Below are positions 38,691-48,828 of a stretch of 64,000 nt of DNA, piece after piece; the first letter of the stretch is position 1, and each line of letters opens with the position of its first letter. Origin of the DNA: an uncultured delta proteobacterium (GTDB taxonomy: Bacteria > Myxococcota_A > Polyangia > Polyangiales > B10-G4); NCBI GenBank assembly GCA_963727445.1, contig CAVSGI010000012.1:64001-128000 (forward strand), read 5' to 3'. The notes under the pieces were generated by a model. It was given only the letters and a program-made list of their open reading frames with translations. It had not been told where the DNA came from and made no database searches. The position numbers and the translations under genes were made by a program.

Positions 38691-40136
38691 ATGGCTCGAC
38701 CTCTCCTCTCCATCCTGATTCTCGCCGCCGTGGCTTGCGGCGACGACGGTGTCATGGACTCCGGCCTGGATGGAGGATTGGACGCCAGCGATGCCGCCGA
38801 TAGCGCCGTGGACACTGCGCGCGCGCCCGACACTGGACCTCCGCCCATCCCCGAAGCGGCCTACGACGGTCCTCGGATCACCGAGGCCGAAGCGGAGGAT
38901 GGCCGGAGCGGGTGTGCCTTCGAGCGGGGCGCCATGCCGTGGGAGACGGTGGGCGAGGAGTTTCCGATCGGCGACGAGATCCCCATCGACCACATCATCC
39001 TCCTCCTCAAGGAGAACCGCAGCTTCGACCACTACTTCGGTGCGATGCCGGGGATCGAGGGTCACCCCATGGGCGCGTCGAATCCCGATGCGATGGGGAT
39101 GCCGGTCACGCCCTACCACGAGACCGAGTACTGCGTGGACGATCTGGCCCACAGCTGGAACAAGAGTCATCGGGAGTGGAACGGGGGCCTGAACGACGGG
39201 TTCGTTCTCGCGAACGACCCCGGCGGGGAGCGCGCGCTCGGCTACTTCGACGACACCGACCTGCCGTTCTACTGGGACCTCTCCCAGACCTTCGCGATGA
39301 GCGATCACCACCACTGCTCGGTGCTCGGACCGACGTGGGTCAATCGCTTCTACTATCTCTCCGCGACGTCCTTCGGAAACATCTCCAACGATCCGATCAT
39401 CGAGGAGCGAAAGACCGCGCCTTACGTGATCTTCCACCTTCTCGACGACGCCGGCGTCGACTGGCGCGTCTACAACACCGACGTGCCCTTCGTCTTCGCT
39501 GGTTACCCGGAGATCGCCGGGCGCAGCATCAACAAGATCAAGCCGATCGAGGCTTTCTTTCGGGACCTGGAGAGCGGATGGCTTCCTCCCGTGAGCTACC
39601 TCGATCCCTCCTTCAGCCTGGGGGTGCGCCAGACCGACGAGCATCCCCCGGCAAACCCCCAGGCCGGCCAGGCCCATACCCGCGAGATTCTCGAGGCGGT
39701 CTTCGCGAGCCCGCTCTGGGAGCGCACCGCCGTCATCATCAGCTACGATGAGCACGGCGGCTTCTACGATCACGTGCCGCCACCCGAAGCGTGTCATCCC
39801 GGCGACTTCCCGCCCGACCTGGATGCGGGCGATGAACCCGGCGACTACGACCGGCTCGGCTTTCGCGTTCCTCTGATCGTGGTCTCGCCCTACGCGCGGC
39901 CCGGGTACGTCTCCGACCACGTGACCGATCTGACGAGCCTGCTGCGTTTCGTGGAGACGCGCTGGCTCCTGCCGGCGCTCACCGGACGCGACGCCAACGC
40001 GTGGCCGCTCCTCGACATGTTCGACTTCAGCACGATGAGCTTCGCCGATCCGCCGACCGACCTCGCCGACGCGGTGATCGACGAAGCGAAGATGGACCGC
40101 TGCATCGCGCTCTACGGCGAAGGCGGAAGGTTCTGA
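38691..40136 (+). CDS. phospholipase C / phosphoesterase family lipoprotein
   Basis: ENRSFDHYFG, GPTWVNR, DEHPP, YDEHGGFYDHV and GFRVPLIVVSPY. Confidence 0.92.
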   Translation: MARPLLSILILAAVACGDDGVMDSGLDGGLDASDAADSAVDTARAPDTGPPPIPEAAYDGPRITEAEAEDGRSGCAFERGAMPWETVGEEFPIGDEIPIDHIILLLKENRSFDHYFGAMPGIEGHPMGASNPDAMGMPVTPYHETEYCVDDLAHSWNKSHREWNGGLNDGFVLANDPGGERALGYFDDTDLPFYWDLSQTFAMSDHHHCSVLGPTWVNRFYYLSATSFGNISNDPIIEERKTAPYVIFHLLDDAGVDWRVYNTDVPFVFAGYPEIAGRSINKIKPIEAFFRDLESGWLPPVSYLDPSFSLGVRQTDEHPPANPQAGQAHTREILEAVFASPLWERTAVIISYDEHGGFYDHVPPPEACHPGDFPPDLDAGDEPGDYDRLGFRVPLIVVSPYARPGYVSDHVTDLTSLLRFVETRWLLPALTGRDANAWPLLDMFDFSTMSFADPPTDLADAVIDEAKMDRCIALYGEGGRF

Positions 40137-40137
40137 G

Positions 40138-40686
40138 ATGCAACGGACCCGCCTCCTCGCGCTCGCGCTCGCGCTGCTCGCCGGATGCACGGCCGAGATG
40201 GACGCGCCGCCGCCGCGCGGCGAGGGCGAGCCATTCGTCGCGACCCTGGCAGACTTCGAGGACTTCCGGAGCTGGCCCCGGTGGGAGATCCCCGATGTCG
40301 GCACCACCAGTGGCCACCGGCCTGGAGAGCCACGATTCGTCTACGTGCGCGATACCGTCCCCGTCTGGGGGGAGCCATTTCCGGTCGGCGCCATGATCGT
40401 GAAGACCCTCGAGATGGGTGAGCCGCCGCAGTGGGAAATTCACGCCATGGCAAAGCGGGGCGGCGGCTACAACCCCGAGGGGGCCCTCGGATGGGAGTGG
40501 TTCGACCTCGAGATCGACCCCGAGACGGGCCTCTTCATCGAGTGGCGAGGCGAAGGATCCGCAGCTGACCCGGGCGGTTACGTCGATGTGGCGGCCACCG
40601 GCTGCAATGGCTGCCACTCCGTGGTGCCCAACACCGACTACGTCTTCACTCGCGCCGTTTTCACCCCTGATCTGGAGACGCCGTAG
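40138..40686 (+). CDS. cytochrome P460-like c-type cytochrome lipoprotein
   Basis: Lipobox LAG-C, FP.GAMIVK, M.KR...GWEW, late CNGCH followed by DYVF. Confidence 0.7.
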   Translation: MQRTRLLALALALLAGCTAEMDAPPPRGEGEPFVATLADFEDFRSWPRWEIPDVGTTSGHRPGEPRFVYVRDTVPVWGEPFPVGAMIVKTLEMGEPPQWEIHAMAKRGGGYNPEGALGWEWFDLEIDPETGLFIEWRGEGSAADPGGYVDVAATGCNGCHSVVPNTDYVFTRAVFTPDLETP

Positions 40687-40704
40687 TAATATCCTCAGCC
40701 CCTC

Positions 40705-43644
40705 ATGTCTGCGCTCACCTCGCTCCTCGTCCGTGACCAGGTCGTCCCGGTTCGAAAGATTGAGGATGCGATCCAACGTCAGGTCATCTCCGGCGGCGAC
40801 ATCGAGACGGTTCTCCTCGAGATGGAGGCGCTCCCGGAGAACGTGATGAGCGCCTATCGGGCGGCGCTCTATGGCCTTCTGCCCGCGACGCGCGAAGAGG
40901 TGATGACCGTCTCGCGCGAGACACTGCGGGCCGTCCCCAAGGAGGTCGCCACTCAATACCGTCTGGTTCCTCTCTCGGCGGAGGGCAAGACCCTCGTGGT
41001 GGCGGTCACTGCGCCGCTGTCGATCGAGGACGATCAGCAGCTCGGTTTCCTCCTCGGCCAGGAGCTGGTCTATCGCATCGTGAGCGAGGTTCGACTCGCG
41101 GCGGCGCTGAGCCACCACTACAACATCGACGCTGTACCGCGCATGCGACGGCTCGCGGAGAAGCTCCGGAGCCGCGACGCCGGGCGCGTTCCCTACGTCG
41201 CACCTCCAGAGAAAGCCAAGGTCGACACCAAGGCGGCGGACCTGCCGTCGAAGCAGAGCGTCGTCGACTGGGATGACGAAGAAGAAGCCGAGAGCGCACC
41301 GGCGGAACCAGCGCCGCCGGCCGGCCAGTTCGTCGAGCCGGCCGACTCCGCCGTCGCCACCGAGCGTCCGCCCCCGATGGTGCAGGAGGAGATCGACGCG
41401 ACGGAACGCGGCGAGCGTCCGAGCGCGGCGCCGGCTCGGGCGGCCCGCAAGAAGATCGCCAAGAAGCTCCGGGGCCCTCTGACCGCGAAGGCGGCGGTCG
41501 AGCTCTTGAAGGAGGCCGAAGGGCGCGACGAGATTCTGGAGATCTTCTTCGTATTCGCCCGGCAGTTCTTCGATTTCACGGCGCTCTTCGTGGTGCACGA
41601 CGACATCGCCGAGGGTCGAGATGCCTGGGGCGAGGGCGCCGGGGTCTCCGACATCCGCCAGATCGCCGTTCCCCTGGACGTCCCCGGGACTTTCGCTGCG
41701 GTGAAGGAAGGGCTGGTCCCCCTGGTCACCGACATGAGCCAGTCGGAGCTGGACGTGATCGTGACCGGGGACCTCGGCCGCCTCGACAGCCAGCCCTGCA
41801 TGGTCGCGCCCGTCGCCATCAAGAAGCGCGTCGTCCTGATGATCTACGGCGACCGAAGCGGAGAGAGCTTCGGCATCGCCAATCTTCCCGAGCTCGTCGC
41901 CTTCCTGCCGCGGGTGGCCGACGCCTTCCTCGCGTTGCTCCTCCGCCGCAAGCGCAAAGGGTACGCCGCACCCGAACGGAGCTCGCGGCCGGATCTGAAG
42001 TCTGCGGCGACGCGGATCACGGCGGGCGCCGTCGCCTCGGAGCCGCTGCCCGAAAAGAGTGGCTACCGCCATTCCCACGAGCCACCCGAGCCCGAGCCGA
42101 CACCGGCGGACGGGCAGCGCGATACCGATGTCGACGGTCCGACCCAGATCCCGTCACAACCAGAGGAGACCGATCGGGTGCAGGTCGGCGGACCCAGCCC
42201 CTTGGGCGTCCTCGGAGTGCCGCGAAGCGCGCCGCCCCCGCCGATGACGCAGGGCGAGAACACGTTCCATCTGGAGAAGAAGGAAACGCGCCCCGATGGT
42301 CACGCTGCGATTGCGCAGGCGCGCTCCCGACAATCGCCCATTCCTCCCAGGAACGAGCCCGCGCCCGAGCCCGACATCGAGGTCGAAGTCGACGACGACG
42401 AAGAAGACGCCGACAGCGATGGCAGGCACAGGCGTCCCGGAGGGGAATCCGATCTCCCGCAGTTCGCGAAGTCTCAGGCCACTCGACCCGACGGCGGCTA
42501 TCACACGAGCGGTACTTCGGAGGTGCTGGGGCGAGCCGACGCGCCGCCGCGGCAGAAGCGAAAGCGCAAGAAGAAGCCCAAGAAGAAGGCGGACGACGGA
42601 GAGTCTCGCGAGCGTCGAGATCCCCGGAGCGAAAAGGACGCCACGATCCCCGCCGTGGAGGTGGTTCACGTCCCCGATGTGAACGTCCCTACCGACGAGG
42701 CCGCCGAGGATGACCACCACCGCGGCAAGCAGCCGCGTGCCACGCCGAACATGCCCTCGGTCATCGTGGACATGGGCGACACGGTGGAGGTGCTGGTCGA
42801 CGATCTGGAGAAGTGCGGCCCGGATGGTGAGTCCGCGGCGGTGAACGCCCTGATGACGCTGGGCGAGGCAGCGCTACCGACGCTCACTCAGCGATTCCCC
42901 GGGCCCTTGTGGTTCGATCGCAAGCGCCCCCATCGACGCCTTCCCCGCGGCCGGGACATCTCGGCCATCGCCCGTGCCTTCGTCGCCTTCCGCTCGACCG
43001 CCGTGCCCTACGTCATTTCGCTGCTGGAGGCGCGGGATCCCGATGTGCGCTTCTACGGCACGTTGCTCGCTTCAGAGTTCGTCTCGGTCGAGCTCCTGGT
43101 GCCGGTGGGGGAGCGCATCTTCGATCGGGACCCGGGCACGCAGCTCCTCGCAGTGGACGTGCTCAAGCGCTTCGGCCGCTTCGAAAAGGAGATGGAGGAG
43201 CTGCTCAAGGCCGTCCGCGTCGAGGCGCGGGTCGACCGCAAGGACCCGGAACGACGACGGGTCGCGGTGCGCGCGCTCGGGCTTCTGAGGGACGTTCGTG
43301 CCGTCGACATCCTCGTCGAGCTGGTGGGCTCCGCCGAGGCGTCGCTCGCAGACCAGGCGCAGAAGTCGCTCATCCTCCTGACTCGCCAGGACTTCGGTGA
43401 CTCGCAGCGCCGCTGGTCGCAATGGTTCGAGAAGAACAGGTCCCGACACCGCGTGGAGTGGCTGATCGATGGACTCGTTCACACGGACGAAGACATCCGT
43501 GCCGCGGCCGGTGACGAGCTGCAGCTCATCACACAGGAGTACTACGGCTACCATCCCCGTCTGCCCAAGCGCGATCGCGAGGTCGCCCACAAGCGCTATC
43601 GCAAGTGGTGGGAGGGCGAGGGCCGCGCGCGGTTCAGCGCCTGA
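40705..43644 (+). CDS. FrgA-like protein: GSPII-E/MshEN-like N-terminus, GAF-like region, HEAT repeats
   Basis: A.QY.LVP and L.FLLG motifs at the N-terminus, long low-complexity middle, helical repeats ending WWEGEG. Confidence 0.65.
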   Translation: MSALTSLLVRDQVVPVRKIEDAIQRQVISGGDIETVLLEMEALPENVMSAYRAALYGLLPATREEVMTVSRETLRAVPKEVATQYRLVPLSAEGKTLVVAVTAPLSIEDDQQLGFLLGQELVYRIVSEVRLAAALSHHYNIDAVPRMRRLAEKLRSRDAGRVPYVAPPEKAKVDTKAADLPSKQSVVDWDDEEEAESAPAEPAPPAGQFVEPADSAVATERPPPMVQEEIDATERGERPSAAPARAARKKIAKKLRGPLTAKAAVELLKEAEGRDEILEIFFVFARQFFDFTALFVVHDDIAEGRDAWGEGAGVSDIRQIAVPLDVPGTFAAVKEGLVPLVTDMSQSELDVIVTGDLGRLDSQPCMVAPVAIKKRVVLMIYGDRSGESFGIANLPELVAFLPRVADAFLALLLRRKRKGYAAPERSSRPDLKSAATRITAGAVASEPLPEKSGYRHSHEPPEPEPTPADGQRDTDVDGPTQIPSQPEETDRVQVGGPSPLGVLGVPRSAPPPPMTQGENTFHLEKKETRPDGHAAIAQARSRQSPIPPRNEPAPEPDIEVEVDDDEEDADSDGRHRRPGGESDLPQFAKSQATRPDGGYHTSGTSEVLGRADAPPRQKRKRKKKPKKKADDGESRERRDPRSEKDATIPAVEVVHVPDVNVPTDEAAEDDHHRGKQPRATPNMPSVIVDMGDTVEVLVDDLEKCGPDGESAAVNALMTLGEAALPTLTQRFPGPLWFDRKRPHRRLPRGRDISAIARAFVAFRSTAVPYVISLLEARDPDVRFYGTLLASEFVSVELLVPVGERIFDRDPGTQLLAVDVLKRFGRFEKEMEELLKAVRVEARVDRKDPERRRVAVRALGLLRDVRAVDILVELVGSAEASLADQAQKSLILLTRQDFGDSQRRWSQWFEKNRSRHRVEWLIDGLVHTDEDIRAAAGDELQLITQEYYGYHPRLPKRDREVAHKRYRKWWEGEGRARFSA

Positions 43645-43752
43645 GCCAGCGACGGCCAGCAAACCTCGCGTCCCCGACTGGTGGGTGGTGGCGGGCGAAT
43701 CCGCATCTATCAGGTGGCTGGAGCCGTAGCCTTTGGCATGCTTCGAGGACGA

Positions 43753-44868
43753 ATGACCGACAACCGCGAGCAGGTGCCGAGGGAAGCGGGAGCGGCGCGA
43801 GACAGCGAGCTCTACCGCGCGCTCTTCGACATCAACACCGCGGTGAAGCTCCTGATCGATCCCCGAACCGAGCAGATCGTGGACGCCAACCAGGCGGCGG
43901 TCGCGCTCTATGGCTGGTCGAAGGAGGAGCTCAAGGCGAAGCGCATCAGCGAGATCAACATGCTGACCCAGGAAGAGGTGATGTCCGAGATGGAGGACGC
44001 GCGGACGGGGCGCCGCCGCTATTTCCGCTTCCGACATCGGACCGCCAGGGGTGATGTGCGCAACGTCGAAGTCCACTCTGGCCCGGTCACGATCGATGGG
44101 CAAGAGCTGCTTCTGTCGATCATCCACGACGTGACCGAGCGGGATGCCTTCGAGTCGCAGCTGCGGGCGGCGCAGAGGCTCGAGGCCGTGGGGCGACTCG
44201 CCGGGGGCGTGGCTCACGACTTCAACAACATGTTGACGGTGATGCGGAACGCGGCCGAGCTCATCGCGAGGGGCGTGGCGGAGGATTCGCCGCTCAGGGC
44301 CCACGTGGACGACCTCAGGTTCGCTGCGACTCGCGCGTCGGACCTCACGAGAAACCTTCTGGCCTTCAGCCGCCGTCAACCGATGCGACGCGAAGAGGTA
44401 TCGCTGAACGAGATCGTGTCGTCCATCACCGGTCTCTTGTCCCGAACGCTCGGCTCCGGGATCGAGGTCCGCGCGGAGCTCGATGAATCGGTGCCCCGCG
44501 TGCTCGCGGATCCGGCGCAGATAGAGCGAGTGCTGATGAACCTCGCCATCAACGCGCGCGACGCGATGGCCAACGGCGGTCATTTGATCGTCTCGACCGA
44601 ATCGAAGCGCGTCGAGGCGTCGAGCGCTTCGCCCGTTCCCGCCGGTGATTGGGCGATGGTGACGGTCGCCGATGATGGGCACGGTATGGACGTCGAGACG
44701 ATGGCCCACGTCTTCGAGCCCTTCTTCTCCACCAAGGACGGCAGCGGCAGCGGCTTCGGCCTCGCGACGGTCCACGGGATCGTCACCCAGAGCGGGGGCC
44801 ACATCTTCGTGGAGAGCGCACCCGACGAAGGGGCCCGATTCACGATCTATCTTCCGGCGCTGTTGTGA
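43753..44868 (+). CDS. PAS-domain sensor histidine kinase
   Basis: PAS (VDANQAA..LYG), H-box GVAHDFNN, N-box NARDAM, DDGHGM, FEPFFSTK and GFGL. Confidence 0.93.
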   Translation: MTDNREQVPREAGAARDSELYRALFDINTAVKLLIDPRTEQIVDANQAAVALYGWSKEELKAKRISEINMLTQEEVMSEMEDARTGRRRYFRFRHRTARGDVRNVEVHSGPVTIDGQELLLSIIHDVTERDAFESQLRAAQRLEAVGRLAGGVAHDFNNMLTVMRNAAELIARGVAEDSPLRAHVDDLRFAATRASDLTRNLLAFSRRQPMRREEVSLNEIVSSITGLLSRTLGSGIEVRAELDESVPRVLADPAQIERVLMNLAINARDAMANGGHLIVSTESKRVEASSASPVPAGDWAMVTVADDGHGMDVETMAHVFEPFFSTKDGSGSGFGLATVHGIVTQSGGHIFVESAPDEGARFTIYLPALL

Positions 44869-44874
44869 GCGTGA

Positions 44875-44945
44875 GCCGGCGGCGCAGATCCTCAGAAACC
44901 GAGGTCGTTCCCAGATCTTTCAACGATCTCGGGGAGGCCGTCGGC
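44875..44945. other. intergenic nested inverted repeat
   Basis: GCCGGCGGC 44875-44883 pairs with GCCGTCGGC 44937-44945; CCGAGGTCGTT 44899-44909 pairs with AACGATCTCGG 44922-44932 (one G-U each). Confidence 0.6.
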
Positions 44946-44998
44946 GTGCGGGGGCGTGGATCTGGGCTAAGCTCCGCACCTTCCGAGGCCTGAAAGTC

Positions 44999-47518
44999 GT
45001 GCGTCAAGCCCGCGTTCTTCCGCTCTTCGGACCGGTCCTGGTCCTCTATCTGATCGCCAATGCGGCGTCGGAGGCGGAGGGGCTCGGGCTCGGGGCGTGG
45101 GCGGTCGCGATCTGCGCCTTCGTCACCTCCGTGCTGCCACTCTTGTCCCCGTGGCGGGGAGGCGGGGGTGCGCGGCGGGTACAGGCGCTCGGCGTAGCCC
45201 TCGCGCTTTCGCTTCTGCCGCTTCTCTCCACGACCCTCGGGCTCACCATCGCCCGCATCTGGGGGCTCACCCTCGCATCGGTGCTGATCCTCGATCTCTC
45301 GCTCAACGTCCCCGACGCACCGCGTATGCTCGATCGCGGTCCGCTGGGCCGCGCGCTGCCCTTCGTCATCGCCTTCGCCCTCGGAGGGATCGCGACCATC
45401 GCGGTGCTGCCGGCGGAGGCCGCCGGCGATGTCCTCTTGCCTGCGCGCTGGGCCGACGCGCCGGACCACCTCCTGCTCGCGTCCATCCTCCTCGCCCTCG
45501 GTGTCCGCCTCTCGCGGCGCAGCCTGGGCAGCGGGCCCGAAGCGCTCGCGCGCAACGCATGGCCGATCTTCGGTCTCAGCCTCGCGTTGTTGGCGACCGT
45601 CGTGGATCGCGTCATCTGGGCCACCTCTCTCTCCGTGTCGGCGACCCTCGCACGTGGACTGCCGGTGATCACCGCCCTCGCCCTGGTCGTTTCGCACGTC
45701 TTCCTGGTGGACGAGCGTCGCGGTCTCCGCGCAGGCCGCACCATCCGTCGCGCTCTGACCTGGACGTCCACCCTCGCCGCCGTCGGCGCCATGGGGAGCC
45801 TCGCGACGCTCTGGCTCGACGCGCCCGCCCTCGAGCTCGCTCTCGGCGCCATGCTCCTCTTCGCCGCCGGGACCCTCTGCCAACAGGTCCTCGCGCGCGT
45901 GGTCGAGCGAACCTTCGCGCCCTTCAGCGGGCGCCTCCTCGGCGCCGCCACCGAAGCGCGAGCGCGTCTCGGCCCCGTGAAGAGCGTCATCGATCTCGGC
46001 CGCGCGCTGCTGCCACCGCTCCGTGATGCTTCCGGTAGCGACGACGCGATGCCGCTGCTCTACACCATCGACCCCGCGCTCGAAGTGCGCGTCGATCGCG
46101 CGGGTGAAGCCCACCTCTCCGCGCGCGCTCTGCCCGAGGCGCTCCGTGACCGCCTCCTCGAACGCCCGGGCGAGGCCCTGGTGAAGAAAGCCCTCGACGG
46201 CCTGGTGGTGCGCCGTCCCCATCTGCGCGGCGTCGTCGAAGCGCTCGGCGCACTCGACGCGCTGGTCGTCGTTCCGCTCTCCATCGACGGCGAGCTCGAA
46301 GGCGCCATCGTCGTGCCCAAGGGGCGTCGCCGCAGCGCGCCGACGCTCGAAGAGCTGCGCGCGCTCGAGCGTGTCGCCGACCGCTCCGCCGGCATCGTCG
46401 CGCTGCTCTCCTCCGAGCGCCGCGCGCAGGGCCGCGCCGGCGCCACCGATCAGCGAACGCACGATCTGATGGACCGGATCGAGGTGCTCGAGGAGGAGCG
46501 TGATCGCCTGCGCGCCGAAGCCCGGTCCTGGAAGGCGGGGCGCCCGGCGCATCGCATGAGCGGGACGACGGTCGCCTACAGCGCTCCGATGCGCTCCCTG
46601 ATGGAGCGCGTGGTCGACGTCGCCGCGCTCGACGCGCCGGTGCTGCTTCGGGCCGAAGGCGGGGCCGGCGTCGACCAGATCGCCCACGCCATCCACGAGC
46701 GCAGCGGTCGTAAGGACGGCCCCCTCGTGGTCGCCGACTGCACCTCGGTGCGCGAAGAGCGCGCGGCGGCTGCGTTGTTCGGCGAGGGTGGCGTGGGCAG
46801 CCCGCCCGAGTTTCGGCCCGGCTGGCTCTCCCTGGCGCGCGGCGGCTCGCTGCTCCTCGCCGACGTGGTGGCGCTGCCGCTCTCCGTTCAGCACGACCTC
46901 GCGGAGAGCCTCGCGGAGCGCGAGGTCCGCCCGCTCGGTGGCGCGGGCGCCGAGCCGATCGACGTGCGCGTGATCGCCACCACGCGCACCGACCTCGCGG
47001 CCCTCGTCGCAGATGGCCTCTTCGATCCCGAGCTCGCGCGCTGGCTCGAGCCGCTCACCCTCGAGGTGCCGCCGCTGCGCGACCGGCCGGAGGACGTCTC
47101 CTCGCTCACCCTCCTCGCCCTCGATCGAGCATGTCGCCTCCTGGGGCGCGCGCCGATGGGGATCGACGACGAGGCACTCGACCTTCTGCGTGCGTACGAC
47201 TTCCCCGGTAACGTCCGCGAGCTCACCTGGGTGGTGACCCGCGCCGTCGGCGTCGCCGCGGGTCCGACCGTCGAGGCGCGTGATCTTCCTCCACTCGGCG
47301 CGCCAGAGCACGACGCGGCCGAGGGCCATCCGCTCGACGGAACCTGGTCCGATCTCGAAAAGCGCATCCTCCTCCGTGCGCTCGACGCCGCCGACGGAAA
47401 CAAGAGCGAGGCGGCTCGCGCGCTGGGCCTCAAGCGCACCACTTTCCTCGACAAGCTGCGGCGCCACGACCTCGCGCCTCCCGCCAAGCGTCAGAGCGAA
47501 GCTCCGGCGTTGAGCTGA
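44999..47518 (+). CDS. membrane-bound sigma-54 activator-like protein with degenerate AAA+ motifs
   Basis: About 9 TM segments, GAF-like region, coiled coil, AAA+ (PPLRDRPED, FPGNVREL) and Fis HTH. Walker A, GAFTGA and Walker B are altered. Confidence 0.85.
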   Translation: MRQARVLPLFGPVLVLYLIANAASEAEGLGLGAWAVAICAFVTSVLPLLSPWRGGGGARRVQALGVALALSLLPLLSTTLGLTIARIWGLTLASVLILDLSLNVPDAPRMLDRGPLGRALPFVIAFALGGIATIAVLPAEAAGDVLLPARWADAPDHLLLASILLALGVRLSRRSLGSGPEALARNAWPIFGLSLALLATVVDRVIWATSLSVSATLARGLPVITALALVVSHVFLVDERRGLRAGRTIRRALTWTSTLAAVGAMGSLATLWLDAPALELALGAMLLFAAGTLCQQVLARVVERTFAPFSGRLLGAATEARARLGPVKSVIDLGRALLPPLRDASGSDDAMPLLYTIDPALEVRVDRAGEAHLSARALPEALRDRLLERPGEALVKKALDGLVVRRPHLRGVVEALGALDALVVVPLSIDGELEGAIVVPKGRRRSAPTLEELRALERVADRSAGIVALLSSERRAQGRAGATDQRTHDLMDRIEVLEEERDRLRAEARSWKAGRPAHRMSGTTVAYSAPMRSLMERVVDVAALDAPVLLRAEGGAGVDQIAHAIHERSGRKDGPLVVADCTSVREERAAAALFGEGGVGSPPEFRPGWLSLARGGSLLLADVVALPLSVQHDLAESLAEREVRPLGGAGAEPIDVRVIATTRTDLAALVADGLFDPELARWLEPLTLEVPPLRDRPEDVSSLTLLALDRACRLLGRAPMGIDDEALDLLRAYDFPGNVRELTWVVTRAVGVAAGPTVEARDLPPLGAPEHDAAEGHPLDGTWSDLEKRILLRALDAADGNKSEAARALGLKRTTFLDKLRRHDLAPPAKRQSEAPALS

Positions 47519-47622
47519 CTCGGAGCGCTCTTCGGGGCGCCGATGGGGTCGTCGTTCCCCGAGCGCGGCGCGTAGAGCGCGTCACGTTCCGTGTGCGCAC
47601 CCATAAACGTCAGTGATTCTCG

Positions 47623-47638
47623 TGGCGCGCGCTTTGCT
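47623..47638 (+). promoter_or_regulatory. sigma-54 (-24/-12) promoter
   Basis: TGGCGCG-CGCT-TTGCT has exact GG-N10-GC spacing and lies about 20 bp before ATG 47658. Confidence 0.7.
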
Positions 47639-47657
47639 CACTGAGTCGCACGTCCCC

Positions 47658-48815
47658 ATGCGCCTCCCCCTCTCTGCTTTCTCCCTCCTCCTCCTTCTCC
47701 TCTTCGGTTGCGTCGGCCGCGTCAGCTCGCTTCCGGGTGATGACGAGAGCGGACGCGCAAGGAACCGCCCGCCGCCGATCATCCTGATGTCCGACGATGA
47801 CGGTGGCGCGTCGATGGCCGATGCGGGTGCGGGTGAGGATGGGGCCGCCGCATCCGACGCGCGCGCTACCGACTCCGCCACGCAGCCTCCGGATCCATGC
47901 GACGGCGTCGTCTGTGGCGCGGGAGCGAGCTGTGAGCCTGCTTCCGGCGATTGCGTGTGCAGCGAGGGCTTTCGTTCGGTCGGCGGTGGATGTGAGGCCA
48001 TCCCCGCGGGAGATCCTGCCGGGCGGACCACCGCCGAGGTCTGCGCCGCGTGGTCGGATGGCCACGTCGAGAACGCGCGACCGGCGTGGACCGCGGGCGC
48101 GACCGCGTGCGACCCGGGAACGCTCACGGACGACGCCTACGAGGACACGGTCCGCCGGGTCAATCTCTTCCGATGGCTCGCGGGGCTCGGGCCGGTCACC
48201 CACGACGCCTCGGAGGACGACGCGATGCAGGCCTGCGCCGTCATGATGGATCAGAACAACGCGCTGTCACACATGCCGCCGTCGACCTGGCAGTGCTACA
48301 GCGCCGAGGGCGCCGCCGCAGCAGGCCGCAGCAACATCGCCCTGGGCGCGTACACGCCCGGTCAGGCCATCGATCTCTACATGGCGGACGATCTCACGCC
48401 GAGCCTCGGCCACCGACGCTGGATCCTGAACGACTACCTCGGCCAGGTAGGGATCGGCTTTGCCGGGCGGGCCCAATGTCTCGGCGTCTTCGACAGCAGC
48501 GGCGGTACCGATCGCACCTGGACCGCCTACCCCAATCCCGGTCCGGCGCCGATCGAGACCACGGCCGACGTCTGGAGCTTTCACAGCCACGCATTCGACC
48601 TGAGCGCTGCGACCGTGACCCTCGAGCGACTGGGGACGACCTCGGAGAACATCCCGGTCAGCGTCTCCCACATCAGCGGCGGCTTCGGGCCGCCGGGCGC
48701 CCTCGCGTTCACCCCACCGGTGCACGCCGCCGCCGGCGACCGCTTCCGCATCACCATCGGCGGCCTCGCGGGCGACGACATCGTCTACGAGACGGAGATC
48801 GTCGACTGCCACTGA
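47658..48815 (+). CDS. CAP/SCP-domain lipoprotein with EGF-like module
   Basis: Lipobox LFG-C, EGF-like CVCSEGF, VN.FR..AGL, LSH and GHRRWIL. Confidence 0.8.
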   Translation: MRLPLSAFSLLLLLLFGCVGRVSSLPGDDESGRARNRPPPIILMSDDDGGASMADAGAGEDGAAASDARATDSATQPPDPCDGVVCGAGASCEPASGDCVCSEGFRSVGGGCEAIPAGDPAGRTTAEVCAAWSDGHVENARPAWTAGATACDPGTLTDDAYEDTVRRVNLFRWLAGLGPVTHDASEDDAMQACAVMMDQNNALSHMPPSTWQCYSAEGAAAAGRSNIALGAYTPGQAIDLYMADDLTPSLGHRRWILNDYLGQVGIGFAGRAQCLGVFDSSGGTDRTWTAYPNPGPAPIETTADVWSFHSHAFDLSAATVTLERLGTTSENIPVSVSHISGGFGPPGALAFTPPVHAAAGDRFRITIGGLAGDDIVYETEIVDCH

Positions 48816-48828
48816 GGCGGTCGGGGGC

